Origin: Azolla caroliniana
Lineage: Eukaryota; Plantae; Polypodiophyta
Length of the DNA: 64,000 nt
Assembly (NCBI GenBank): GCA_043228905.1
Contig: JBHGNT010000016.1
Span: 15,934,001-15,998,000, forward strand
Direction of reading: 5' to 3'
In this document: in pieces, positions 14,311 to 26,459 of the stretch
Layout: every line of letters starts with the position of its first letter
Position numbering within the stretch: position 1 is the first letter of the stretch
The notes under the pieces: generated by a model
Database searches by the model: none
Seen by the model: only the letters and a program-made list of their open reading frames with translations
Told to the model about the DNA's origin: nothing
Position numbers and translations under genes: made by a program

Positions 14311-17300
14311 AATATTATTAAATACAACATTTAAGCTCATTTTTATATCGTGAAGCACATTCTTCACGACAGCGCGAGCGAGGCGTGGAGCCAGGAGGAA
14401 CCGGAGTGGTGATTGGTAAGATCCCGAAGAACCTCAAGTTGAGCTTGAGGGGGAGTGTTGAGAGACAAGCTCAACATCGGCTGGATTGGTTGAGCAAGCC
14501 GAGGACCGGATCGGTTAGGCCGGACCGGTGCGTAACAAGAGGCCGTATCGGTGCGTAAACTGAAAGGCCGTTAGAGAGATATTCCTCGTAAGGAATAGTT
14601 TTGGGAGTAAGTGTCGAGGCTCATTTATGAGCAGTCAAGTACTGTTAGTACTTGTGTCAGCCCGATTGTTAGGGCTTGTATAAAAGGTGCTCACTGAGCA
14701 CGGTGTATGTACACAGAGTTAGTATTTTTTGAATTGAGTTTTTTTTCTATGTGTGCTCTCTGTCTCTCCCATGTACTGTGTATACTCAAGCTCTCCATTA
14801 AACCTGTGTGTTTTCTGTGTGTTTGGTTTTCTATTGCTTCCGCACATAATCTTTTACAATTTTGCAGTGCTCAAATCTCCTTAGAATGAAGATTTTGAAG
14901 ACTACTATGTTGTGGTGTGCAAGCAAGGAAATATAATATTGGAAGAAGTCGTGAGGGATGGCTGGGGCAACATGTTCAATGAAGGTGAGTCTGTCATGTA
15001 TGGCAACTACTATGCAAAGTTGCCACAATGCAGGAACACATATGCATTGTTAAAAGATGCACCCATTGCAATTATCTATGTTGATGCCATTATCGCAATC
15101 AAGTTCAAAATGACTCAAGCAAAGCACAATGTTGAGGGATACAACACACTCTAAAAAGTCCCCAAAGGGGTACACGAACACATATTGGGGGAGGTCTCCC
15201 TCTTTAATGCCTAGAATGTCAAGTGTTGTGTCTAATGTAACTTTTGCATGTATTCAAACTCTGACTTACACGTGAAAGGAAATATATCAAAACCGGTTTT
15301 CATATTTATCTTGGGTTTTCTAACAATATTCCTCTTTGGTTTAGATATGTATGTTTCTTTTACATGAAGTGTCAAGTGCTTGGATTCTACGTTAGTATCA
15401 AAGTTAGGAGTTCATATGTATCAAAGTTAAGAGTTCATATGTGTGCCTATAACTCTTTAGTAGTTCATATGTATCATATGTGTGCCTATAACTCTTTAGG
15501 AGTTCATATGTATCAAAGTTAGTAGAATGCATATCAAGTTAGTACTAAATCACTGTCACATGTTTGCATAACAAGTAAACCAGAACAATGTCACGATGAG
15601 GGTAAACAATAATTTAACATTCCTATCAAATTACAGACAACAACCTAGATACAATAAACTTATCATTAGTACTAAAGTTGTGTTAAGAGTTTGCATCCGT
15701 AGACATATGTATTAAAGTAGTGACACTCATCACTCATCACTCATCTTCTCACTATCACATGTTTGCATAACAAGTAAACCAGAACAATGTCACGATGAGG
15801 GTAAACATAACTTAACATTCCTATCAATTACAGACAACAACCTAGATACAATAAACTTATCGTTAGTACTAAAGTTGTGTCACCATGACATGTGTGCATA
15901 ATAAGTAAATTAAAATTGTGTCAAGATGATGGTAATCAATGACTTAGCATTCCTATAAATTAAAACAGTGTCAAGATGATTTCCATCAATGACTTAGTAA
16001 ATTAAAAACTGTGTCAAGATTCGTTAATCAATTACATAAAACGATCAATATACAATAAACTTTGGTTTTAGTTTTTTCTAGATCTTGTAATGCGCCTATT
16101 TTTGGTTTCATTCTTCTCAGATTTCACACCCTTCTTCATCTTAAAACCACGAGGTAGTAAACTACTTAGTGGTAACTCATCATCGGAGGGTGAAGCCAAG
16201 CTGGAGGGAACAATGTGCTCTATTGCAACTGCCTGAGATGCACACACTTCCAAGGAGATGCGGTCGATAGTCTTACCAAAAATCTCTTGGAGGTCATTGG
16301 ACGTGTCATTCTTCAACTTTTCTTGCTCCACTACCACATTATTAGGAGTACTAACATGTTCCTCATCTTCGGTAGTTTCCACTACCACATTATTAGGAGT
16401 ACAAACATCTTCCTCTCCTTGGGTAGACACCACCACCACATTATTAGAGTGCTCCAAGTGCAAGCTACTTGCAGTATTTTGGACAGACACCTCATTCGTA
16501 GTACCACACTCTCCTTCTTGGGTAGCGGCAGGGGTCTCCTTAATGTTACATCCTTGCCCTAGATTAAGGCTGCTTGTGGTGTTTTGGACACACACCTCAT
16601 TCTCTCCTTGGGTCATTTTCACATTCTCTGCTGACTCCATTGCAAAGTTTCTTGTCACCTCAGGCTTTTCACACTCCAGCTCCTCTTTTTTACTAATCTC
16701 ACATTCCTCATGTGTGTTAGCATCTGAGCTAGAATAATCAAGATTGCTCCATAAACTGCCTAAATCATCTGATGGTATTTGTGAATCTACATGCTCTTCT
16801 ACTCCTAAATAACAGTAAAGTGATCCAAGAACAATATCAATTCACATTCTGAAAAAGTGACGGCACCTAGCCAAATGATTAAGGTTAAGGGACAAATGTT
16901 TACCTACTGTTACATCATCATTGTTGCTTGGGATGATCCCAGTTTCAACTTGGGGCTCTTCATCATGCCCTATGTATTAATTAATACACATGTACATTAT
17001 TGTCACGTGAAGTAATATTGTCACGTGAAGTAATATGCTACCATCATGTACCTGGAAGTGAGATAAATTCTTCTTCACATTGTGGCTCTGAATCTGTAAC
17101 TCCATTTTCATTACTCTTTTCTTCCTTGTCTAAAAACAAAAGTATGCAGTATTAGTCTAACTCATCAAGATGACAACAACAACAAGTTTGTGAGAATTTG
17201 TATTACCCACCACAACAATCAACTTTGCATTTTTTCCCCTTTCTGTACAATTTCCTTGCAACATTATGCTTCTTTGTAGGCTCTTTCATAGAAACATAAT

Positions 17301-17512
17301 AAATTAGTAGTATACCAACATCTCAGAATTTAGAAAGGCAAACACAATTAGCATTACCATTCACAGAGTCAGGGCGTGCTGAGCTAGGAGATTTTGATTC
17401 AAGAATCACATCTTCAATTATTCCAATGGCCTTTCTCATACATTCATCTTCATCATAAACTTCATCAGGTACCACTAAGGAACGATCGTGGACTTTGGAA
17501 TTTGTAGCAGAC

Positions 17513-20500
17513 TGTTACACTCAGTGCTCGGCCACAACCGAGGAATAGGATCGACTCACAGAAAACAGGAAATACACAATGCACGAAGACAATAGAGAGA
17601 AGAGTGCACAGGATGTTTTACGTGGAAAACCCTAAATGGGAAAAACCACGGGAGTCCTCAAACTCCAACTATCACTATGAACAGAGATGTACAATGGTGA
17701 AGCTACAAGGCAACAACCTTGAGCTCACTGTCTTCGCCACAAGCGGCGGTAATACACAGAGGCAACGACCTCTTCGTCTCTCTCTCTCTCTCGGCTGCTC
17801 TCTTCACTCTCTTGCAAGCATAAGAGTGGCAATACACAATAATCAACAACTTACAACAGCGCTAAACAGTTTGCCCTAAGTCATATTTATACACATATGA
17901 CTTTCAGGCTATTTACAAATATAGCCTCAAGGGCCCTTGGCAAACATATTCACAAATATGTCCCCGCATCCGGATCTCTCTCCGGGTACATTTGTCATCC
18001 AGCTCCGTAGCCGGGGTCTTCATCATCCGGATCCGGAACCGGGTCCTCATCATCCGGCTCCGGAACCGGGTCTTCATTCCCGATTCCCGGACATCCGACC
18101 ATCCCATCCGGAGGGACCGTAATCCCAACAAACTCCCCCTTCACTTCGGCATGGGATGTCTCTCCAATCCGATCCTCTTCCGGCACGCTTCCAGCTTGTC
18201 GGGTGTGAGCACTTTGGTCAGCATATCTAACCCGTTCTCGTCCGTGTGGATCTTCGTCAGCACGAACTCCTGGTCTTCTATCCTTTCCCGGATCCAGTGA
18301 TATCTTCGCTGGATGTGCTTCGTCCGGGAGTGATAGGCCGCGTTCTTCGCAAGGTGGATGGCACTCTGACTGTCGCAGTAGAGTCGGTACTCCTCCTGCC
18401 GGATACCGAGCTCTCTAATGAAGTCCTTCATCCATATCATTTCCTTGCCGGCTTCAACAGCCGCCATGTACTCCGCCTCCGTGGTTGACAATGCAACCGT
18501 CTTCTGCAGCCTCGACTGCCACGAAACAGCTCCCCCTGCATACGTCATCACATACCCTGATGTGGACCGGCTGGTATCTGCATCAGCCGACATATCCGAA
18601 TCGGTAAAGCCGTCGAGTTCGGGCTTACCGGAGCCGAATCGGAGGCACACGTTTGCCATGCCCTTCAGGTATCGGAGTATCCACTTGGCCGCGTTCCAGT
18701 GTTCTTTGCCGGGATTGCTCATGTACCGGCTCACCACTCCGACTGCATATCCTATGTCCGGTCTTGTACACACCATTGCGTACATCAAGCTTCCGACGGC
18801 AGAGGCGTATGGTACTTTCATCATGTCCTCCTTCTCAGCCTTTGTCTTGGGGCTTTGCTTGCTGGACAACTTGCAGTTTGCCGGGAGGGTTGACCCGACC
18901 GGTCTTGCTTCCGACATGTTGAACCGGTGAAGCACCTTTGTCACGTACTTCTCCTGTGACAGCCACAACTGCTTCTTCCTCCGGTTCCGGATGATGTGCA
19001 TCCCTAGTATTTGCCTTGCCGGACCCACGTCCTTCATTGAGAAGGTTCGGTGAAGCGCTTTCTTCAGCATCCGTATCTTGACCTGGTCCCGTCCGACGAT
19101 CAACATGTCGTCCACGTACAGGAGGAGTATTAGGAAGTCTCCTCCTTCGAACTTCTTCACAAACACGCAGTGATCGGACTGCGTTTTGTGGTACCCTTCG
19201 TCGGTCATGAAAGAGTCGAACTTCCGGTACCATTGCCGGGGAGCCTGCTTCAGTCCGTAAAGGCTCTTCTTCAACCGGCATACCAGGTGCTCCTTCCCTT
19301 TCTTCTCGAATCCTTCCGGTTGCTGCATGTAGATCTCTTCTTCGAGGTCACCGTGAAGGAATGCCGTCTTCACGTCCATCTGTTCTACCTCGAGGTCCAT
19401 GCTTGCCGCTATGCTCAGCACCGTCCGGATGGAGGTCATCTTCACTACCGGGGCAAATATCTCGTCGAAGTCGACGCCCTTCTTCTGCTGGAACCCCTTC
19501 ACCACGATCCTGGCTTTGTATCTCGGGGGGTTGCCGGCATCTCCCGGTTTCAGCTTGAACACCCACTTGTTTCGAAGTGCCCGCTTTCCTTTCGGCAACT
19601 CCACAAGTTCATATGTGTGGTTCTCATGCAGGGAATCCATCTCCTCCTGCATGGCACTTAACCACCTGCGGCTATGGGTGTCAAGCTTTGCTTCTTCAAA
19701 ACTCTCCGGCTCCCCCTCGTCGGTTAGCAGCACGTGCTCTGGTTCCGGAAATCTCCGGGGGGGCCTTCTCTCTCTTAGAGGATATCTCCGTTCCGGAGCT
19801 TCGGTAACCGGCTCCTCCGTTTCCTCTTCATCCGAATCCATTTCGGGATCGGGGCCGGTTCCGGTATCAGTTTCATCTTCCTCGGCCGGTTCTGTTTCTT
19901 CACCGTCTTCGGCCGGATCCTCGAGTGCTAACCGGTCCCTTGCCGATCGGGACTGCTCCTCGTAGAGTTGATCCTCACCGGTCGACTTGGAGCTTTTCAT
20001 CTTCTTCTCCGACACCCAGTCGGCGAGTGTCTTGTCCTCCATGAAGATGATATCACGACTCCGAAATATCTTTTTGTCGACCGGGTCCCATACTCGGTAG
20101 CCGAACTCGTCATCGCTGTAACCGAGGAATATGCATGGCCGGGTCTTTGGATCTAGCTTTCCTCTCCGGTCCTTTGCCACATGCACATATGCGAGACACC
20201 CGAACACCTTCAGATGCCGGTAGGATACTTCCCTACCGGTCCACACTCTCTGCGGCGTGTCTCCGTCCAAAGGTACTGAGGGTGATCTGTTTATCACGTA
20301 TGTCGCCGTCGACATTGCCTCAGCCCAAAACCCCTTGGGTAATTTCGCATGCGCCAGCATACTCCGGACCCTCTCCATTATGGTCCGGTTCATCCTCTCG
20401 GCCAGCCCGTTCAGTTCCGGCGTCTTCGGCACAGTAAACTCGAGCCGGATTCCCTTCGAGCGACATTACTCCTCGAACTGCCCCCGGTATTCCCCTCCGT

Positions 20501-22890
20501 TATCCGCTCGTATCGCTTTCAGCTTCTTGCCGGATTCCCTTTCCACTCTCGCGTGGAGTTCTTTGAAGACGCACAACACTTGGTCCTTTGTCTTCAACGG
20601 TGCCGTCCACAGCTTCCGGCTGTGGTCATCAATGAATGTCACGAAGTACTGGGCTCCGCCAGGTGACTTCGTTTCTACTTGACACACGTCAGTGTGCACC
20701 AACTCCAATGGTGCGCTACGTCTCGTCGGTGGCCTTGAGTGGAAGGAGGTTCGGTTCTGCTTACCGGCCAGGCCATCGGTGCACTTCTCCAGGTGCACGT
20801 GCTTCACTAGAATAAGGTTGTCTTCTGCAAGCCTCCTCATCCCCTTCTCACTCATGTGGCAAAGTCTCTTGTGCCACAGCTCACCGGCAGTGTCGGCTGC
20901 CACGTTCAACTCCTCCGGACACAACCAGGCATTCATAAGGTACAGTGTGTTGACTTTCCGGGCCCGAGCCACTATCAGGCTCCCCTTGCTGAACTTCATT
21001 TCGCCGTTCCGGATGCTACCCGTGTAGCCTTCATCGTCTAGCCTCCCGGCCGAAATCAGGTTCAATCGAACCTCCGGAACGTGTCGGACATCCTTCAGCA
21101 GCATCTTGCATCCGGTTGATGTCATCAGCCACACGTCTCCTATGCCGGCAATCCGGCATGTACCTTCATTTCCCATCCGGACACAGCCGTGCTCACCGGC
21201 TGTGTAGGATGAGAAGTATTTCTTCTCCGGGGTCAGGTGGAACGACGCTCCGGAATCGACCACCCAGGTCATCTCTTCGCCGGCAAGGTTCAGCTCCCTC
21301 TCTTCGGTAATGAGCATTATCTCTTCTTCACTTGCCGCGAGTGCCGTCGTTCCTTTCCGGTCCTGCCCTCACCGATCCGGACCTCTCCGGTCCGTGGCTC
21401 CCCGATATGCACCATATCGCTCCGGTGACTTCTTCGAATCGGTACCGTCGGTTCCGTTGTCTTTCCGGAAATGCCAACAGTTCTTCTGGAAGTGCCCCGG
21501 CTTCCCACAGTAGAAGCATGTAGGTCTTCCCCTCGACTGCGACCGTGTCCCCGACTTCTCCCGTCTTTGCGGACTCCGGTTCCGTTGTCTTCCCCGTTCC
21601 GATTCGGTAAGCAACGCCTTGGAGTCGGAGGCCGGTTCTTTATCTCTCCGACGCGCTTCTTCATTTAGAATACTTGTCTTTACCGTTAGTAAAGACAAGT
21701 TCTCTTCCTTACAGGAGGTGCTGAGAGTAACTACCAAGTTCTCCCAGCTCTCCGGAAGGGTACACATCAGCATGATGGCTTGCATTGCGTCATCCAACGG
21801 GAACTTGATCGCCGCAAGCTGGTTCACGAATCCCATGAACGTGCTGACGTGTTCGACCATGCTCTCGCCGTCCCGGTACTTAAGATTCATTATCTTCCTC
21901 ATCAGGGAGGTCCGGGTCAGAGCATTCTTCCTCTCATACAGTCCGGACAGCTTCTGCCACATCTCATAGGCGTTCGTATCGTTCGCCACATGTTGCAGAA
22001 CACTTACATCGACATATTGCCGGATCGTCGCTACGGCTTTCCGGTTCAGGAGCTTCCACTCCGACTCTATTACCCCCTTGGGTATCTCGGCATTGTCGAT
22101 TGGTTCATACAGGTCTCGGACAATGAGAAGGTCTTCCATCTTTATCTTCCAGGCGGCGTAGTTCTGTGAGTTCAACACCATCATGCCCGGAGGCCCACTA
22201 CCGCCGCCTTCCATTTTCTGTGTTACCGTCGCTCTGATACCACTTTGTTACACACAGTGCTCGGCCACAACCGAGGAATAGGATCGACTCACAGAAAACA
22301 GGAAATACACAATGCACGAAGACAATAGAGAGAAGAGTGCACAGGATGTTTTACGTGGAAAACCCTAAATGGGAAAAACCACGAGAGTCCTCAAACTCCA
22401 ACTATCACTATGAACAGAGATGTACAATGGTGAAGCTACAAGGCAACAACCTTGAGCTCACTGTCTTCGCCACAGGCGGCGGTAATACACAGAGGCAACG
22501 ACCTCTTCGTCTCTCTCTCTCTCTCGGCTGCTCTCTTCACTCTCTTGCAAGCATAAGAGTGGCAATACACAATAATCAACAACTTACAGCAGCGCTAAAC
22601 AGTTTGCCCTAAGTCATATTTATACACATATGACTTTCGGGCTATTTACAAATATAGCCTCAAGGGCCCTTGGCAAACATATTCACAAATATGTCCCCGC
22701 ATCTGGATCTCTCTCCGGGTACATTCGTCATCCGGCTCCGTAGCCGGGGTCTTCATCATCCGGATCCGGAACCGGGTCTTCATCATCCGGATCCGGAACC
22801 GGGTCCTCATCATCCGGCTCCGGAACCGGGTCTTCATTCCCGATTCCCGGACATCCGACCATCCCATCCGGAGGGACCGTAATCCCAACA
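17513..22890 (-). mobile_element. Young full-length Ty1/Copia (Tnt1/Tork-like) retrotransposon
   Basis: LTRs 17513-18130 (618 bp) and 22246-22890 (645 bp); TSD CAGAC; PBS TGGTATCAGAGC at 22231-22242; PPT at 18131-18141; about 8 substitutions between the LTRs by manual count. Confidence 0.97.
18141..22214 (-). pseudogene. Single-frame Copia gag-pol with two in-frame stops
   Basis: ORFs 21369-22214, 20466-21317 and 18141-20432 share one frame. Motifs: CFYCGKPGHFQKNC knuckle, WVVDSGAS, RADNGGEY, LYVDDMLI, STTEAEY. Confidence 0.93.
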
Positions 22891-23029
22891 CAGACTCTGT
22901 ACGTAGTAACGCGGGGTCTGGTTTGTCAATTACCTTCCTTGGTGTGGTGTTGCTAGAAACTACAACATTCATATTATAAGCATACATATTATAAGAGTAC
23001 ATATTATAACATGAGTCCAAAATAACAAA

Positions 23030-23830
23030 TATAGTACTGATCCACCTGGACATGCATATTTCATCTGGATCCGAACAATGTTAGTACTAAAAAGCCAACA
23101 GATTCATGTCTATTTGTTCGGTCATGCAAAGCCTAATTCAAGTGGACACAAAAAGTATAATGCAATAAGCAATGTTAGTACTAATACAAGTTATACAACT
23201 AAACATTTAGGACCCTCCGTACCAAATAATCAATACTGAATCAATTGATTATAAAGGAATACAATGTATTAAGTAATGTTAGTACTTAATCAACATCTTA
23301 GGAACTTAAAGGATTAGTACTAAGCCACCTAGACACACATATTTCATCTAGTAAGGAACAATGTTAGTACTAAAAAGCAAAGACCTTCATGCCTATTTGT
23401 TCGGTTATGCAAAGCCTAAGTCAAGTGGACTAAAAAAGTATTGTTAGTACTTAATCAACATATAAGGATCTTAAAGGAATAGTATTGAACCACCTGGACA
23501 TGCATATTTCTGATGGTAATGAGCAATGTTAGTACTAAACAACCAAGACCGACATGCCTATTTGTTCGGTTATGGAAAACCTAGGTAAAGTGGACACAAA
23601 AAGTACAATGCAATTAACCAATGTTAGTACTAATACGAGTTATACAACTAAACATTTAAGACTCTCCGTACTAAATAATCAATACTGAATCAAATGATCA
23701 CGAAGTAATACAATGGAATAAGTATTGTTAGTACTTAATCATGCAAAGCAACAATGCAATAAACAATATTAATACTAATACAAGTTATACAACTAAACAT
23801 TTAAGACATTTAGTACTAAATAATCTGCAC
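23030..23830. repeat. Second TTAGTACTAA-containing repeat array, in an intron of the RING gene
   Basis: About ten TTAGTACT(AA) cores in duplicated 100-300-bp blocks. Confidence 0.8.
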
Positions 23831-26459
23831 TAAATCGAATGATCATCCTGGATCCAACTGTAAGAACAGAACCAAAAGTAAAATTATAAAATCATAGTAT
23901 AAAAATTACATAATGCTTAATCACGTACCATAGGAGTGTACTTTTAAACCCCAAGCTAGGTACCATTCGGCTCCAACTGTACTTTTACAGTCCAAACATA
24001 TATTTTCTTTCTCGAAATGGTACTTAGCACATAACAAATTATATGTGTGCAAGCATGGTGTAATGATAGCATCCATAGACTCAAGCTTGAATCCAAGGCC
24101 ACAGAATAAACACCTTCAGTAACGAGACACAACATACACTATATTAGTACCAATGATATTTTATACCATAGAAGGTCAAAAAGGAGAAATATAAACCATT
24201 ACTGTGATATAGTAATGCTCTATTTGTACTTTCCATGCAAGTGGGGTGCTCGACTACGTCTGGACATAGAGTATCTAAACCTTTTTCTTTTAGAACCTTC
24301 ATAAAACATGTTAGATTCTCTGAATGCAACTTTAAGGATGATAATTGCTCATCAATTTCATTACAAGAAGACCACCATGTCTCTAGAACTTTCTTTTGTG
24401 CTTCTAAATGAGTGCCCATACTTGTGAGCTCCTTCTTCAATTCCTCTTTTACCACATCACTTTCAGAATTTTGGATTGTTGATGCAATCCATTTGTATGT
24501 AATCGACCTAGATGTGAATTACTTCTCTGCCGCCATCTCACCAGATGAAATTTCTTCCAAATCGGCCAGCAGTGCTTGCATTTTTGTTTGCATGGAAGCT
24601 ATACAGCGCAACAATCGCTCTTCATGTTTTTCTGTCAGTGTGGCTTTCTGTTTTGCAATTTGTTGAGTCAACACAGATGTCCGAGTTGGGATTTCAATAT
24701 AAGAGGTACCCTCAGACTTTATGGTAGTGTTGCTACTTGAGGACCCTCTATAATGTAATGATCGATGATGAGAAAAATCTTCCCAATCAACTTCAATGCC
24801 ACCATGGAGTTCACATGCAAATGCACATGCAAAGACAGATCCTACCTCATTGTTTAGGATATGTTTCGTATCATAAACTTGTTCATATCGTGACTTTAGT
24901 TCAGTGATATAATCCTTCTTCAATTGAGTGAGGTGGAAACCTCTCCGTAACTTAGGTTGTGATGAGCCACAAGTTTGCTTCATCCACATGTCTACGTCTT
25001 CATAAGTGTCAGGTCGTGCACGAAGGAAATAGCCCCATCCCAATTTTGAACCTCGAAGGATGTTTGTGTGAACCTTTTTGCCCTGAGTTGCTGAAAACCC
25101 TGACCTCCCTTTGGCAGGGGTCATCTTACTTTCTTTGATGGGGGTCCTTTTTCTTTCCTTGCATGGTGTAATGAAATTTTCGGTGACCATTTTCTTATTT
25201 GTGGGTGTCTTCCTTGTCATGTGAATCTTGTCTCTCTTCTTTGCCTCACATGCACAACAATAGTAAATAACAGTAAATCATGCACAACAATAGTAAACAA
25301 TATTAAATAATATACAATTCAAGGAGATGTCAGATATGAAACATAATGTTAACTCCCGATACTTGACATATACACATATTGTCCGACTCTCAAATTCAAG
25401 CATATGCATGTACAACACGCTCAAATGATCAAATGATCAAGGCAAACCAACAACAACAACAAAACCCTCAACGATAATAACAAATAGAATCAAACATACA
25501 GATAAACATGTCCCAAACATCATTATGGTTGCAAATGTAAGAAACAGATAAAAAATGACAAAAACAAATAGAATCAAACATACAAATATAGTGTAAAACA
25601 AGTACCAAATGTCGTTGTCGAAGTCTTTGAAGAGGGGACGCAATTAAAACACACCAGGTAGAGGGAACTAAGTATGAGGGAACACTTGGAGGTAGAGGGA
25701 ACACGACTAGCAAACCCTAAACCGATGCGAAGAGGACACGGTGTGCAAACCACACTTCAGAGAACCCTTGAGAGAGAGAACATGGCCAGCAAAGGAAAGC
25801 TCGAGAACATGACCAACGTTTATTTGTATTTGAATTCTATTTTCATTGAATGTGACTTTTAATTTTAAGACAAGTGATCAACTTTTTCAACCCAAATACT
25901 AGATTTATTTTTACATTTTGAAGTTTTTCCTCCACATGGAATTAGTACTAAAGTTTTGGCCAAAAGTTGGTACATCATACCATGCTTCGACCCATATGTC
26001 AACGGCCTTTTGTACCAACTAAGAAAAATGTTACAAAATGAAACTTCATTGATCTAATTACAAATGTTGAGCAAAGTCTCTAGTCCTGACCAGAATTATT
26101 AAATTTTAACCAGCCATTTTCCAACTAGTTTTAATGTTAACTGTAAGTCTTGAAATTTCAAAAATTTTCATTACATAACAAATCAATGAATCACAGAATT
26201 AAGGATCCAAAAGTTTATGCATAGAGTATATAACCTAAAAATTGCCAGATTTTCTAGTCTTGAACTTTTGCAGATTCTAAAATTTGCTAAATTCCAAGTG
26301 TTATGCAATCGACATGTCATTGCTATGTTGAGCAAAATCTATTACGAACTAGAAAGTACACCACACCTATCACGAAGAAGAACGCATCCACAAAGGACAT
26401 CGAGTAACTAAAGAGACATACAAAAGTGCAGTAGAAGAAATAGCCAACACGTGGAAAGG

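Larger units (their letters stand above)
13469..14371 (-). mobile_element. Solo LTR (TGTCG...CGACA, 903 bp) nested in the Copia 3' region
   Basis: AT-rich block inside GC-rich host sequence; TGTCG/CGACA ends; 4-bp TSD GCGC (13465-13468/14372-14375). The minus-strand start TGTCGTGAAGAATGTGCTTCAC resembles the Gypsy LTR start at 35729. Confidence 0.7.
8226..14858 (+). mobile_element. Full-length Ty1/Copia LTR retrotransposon (decayed), nested in transposase exon 3
   Basis: LTRs 8226-8669 and 14456-14858 (TG..CA); TSD ATTTT; PBS TGGTATCAGAGC (tRNA-iMet) 8670-8681; PPT 14447-14455; domain order gag-PR-INT-RT-RH. Confidence 0.95.
4885..15214 (+). pseudogene. Spliced DDD transposase (Sola2-type), inactivated
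   Basis: Exons ~4885-5457, 5533-6483, 7691-8225 and 14864-15214, with GT-AG introns 5458-5532 and 6484-7690; exon 3 is split by a Copia. Cys/His clusters (TCCCVYH, CVCTCEVC) and motifs IEFAKNY..QNEVQSMHW, SDDKKHD, WVWSDGVTSQFK, YFGSGHGKGEHDGAG. Stops at ~5791, 8202, 14882 and 15152, plus frameshifts. Confidence 0.85.
16068..25220 (-). pseudogene. Multi-exon accessory gene of the DNA transposon: N-terminal domain, coiled coil, RING finger, acidic disordered tail with basic C-terminus
   Basis: Exon 1 runs 25220 to ~24200 with an in-frame TAA at 24519. RING exon ~24114-23929 reads CLFC-x14-CLHTYNLLC-x10-CLDC. An exon from 22960 to ~17358 is split by a Copia; small GT-AG exons lie at ~17283-17207, 17130-17053 and 16969-16904; the last exon ~16805-16068 ends SDDELPLSSLL..KNRRITRSRKN. 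The phase of the exon1-RING junction is unresolved. Confidence 0.7.
3729..25993 (+). mobile_element. Sola2-like TIR DNA transposon (~10.2 kb net of two nested Copia elements)
   Basis: TIRs GGGTCAAAGCATGCTACGGTGTACCAA (3729-3755) and inverted GGGTCGAAGCATGGTATGATGTACCAA (25967-25993); TSD ATAT (3725-3728/25994-25997); empty sites in paralogous units at ~58151-58163 and ~45031-45045. Transposase motifs (D/E)FAxNY, WSDG..SQFK, HGKGEHDG. The superfamily is assigned from recalled motifs and termini. Confidence 0.85.

Noticed and set aside
17604-17879. Duplicated 91-aa ORF (also 22337-22612)
   Set aside because: Lies inside the two LTRs; the duplication reflects LTR identity.
18246-22169. Plus-strand ORFs over the Copia element (similar antisense ORFs overlie the other retroelements and the RLKs)
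   Set aside because: Antisense shadows of GC-rich coding sequence with no recognisable domains.
3729-25993. CACTA, hAT or Mutator assignment for the large DNA transposon
   Set aside because: GGG termini, 4-bp TSD and the HGKGxxDG/WSDG motifs do not fit those superfamilies (3-, 8- and 9-11-bp TSDs respectively).
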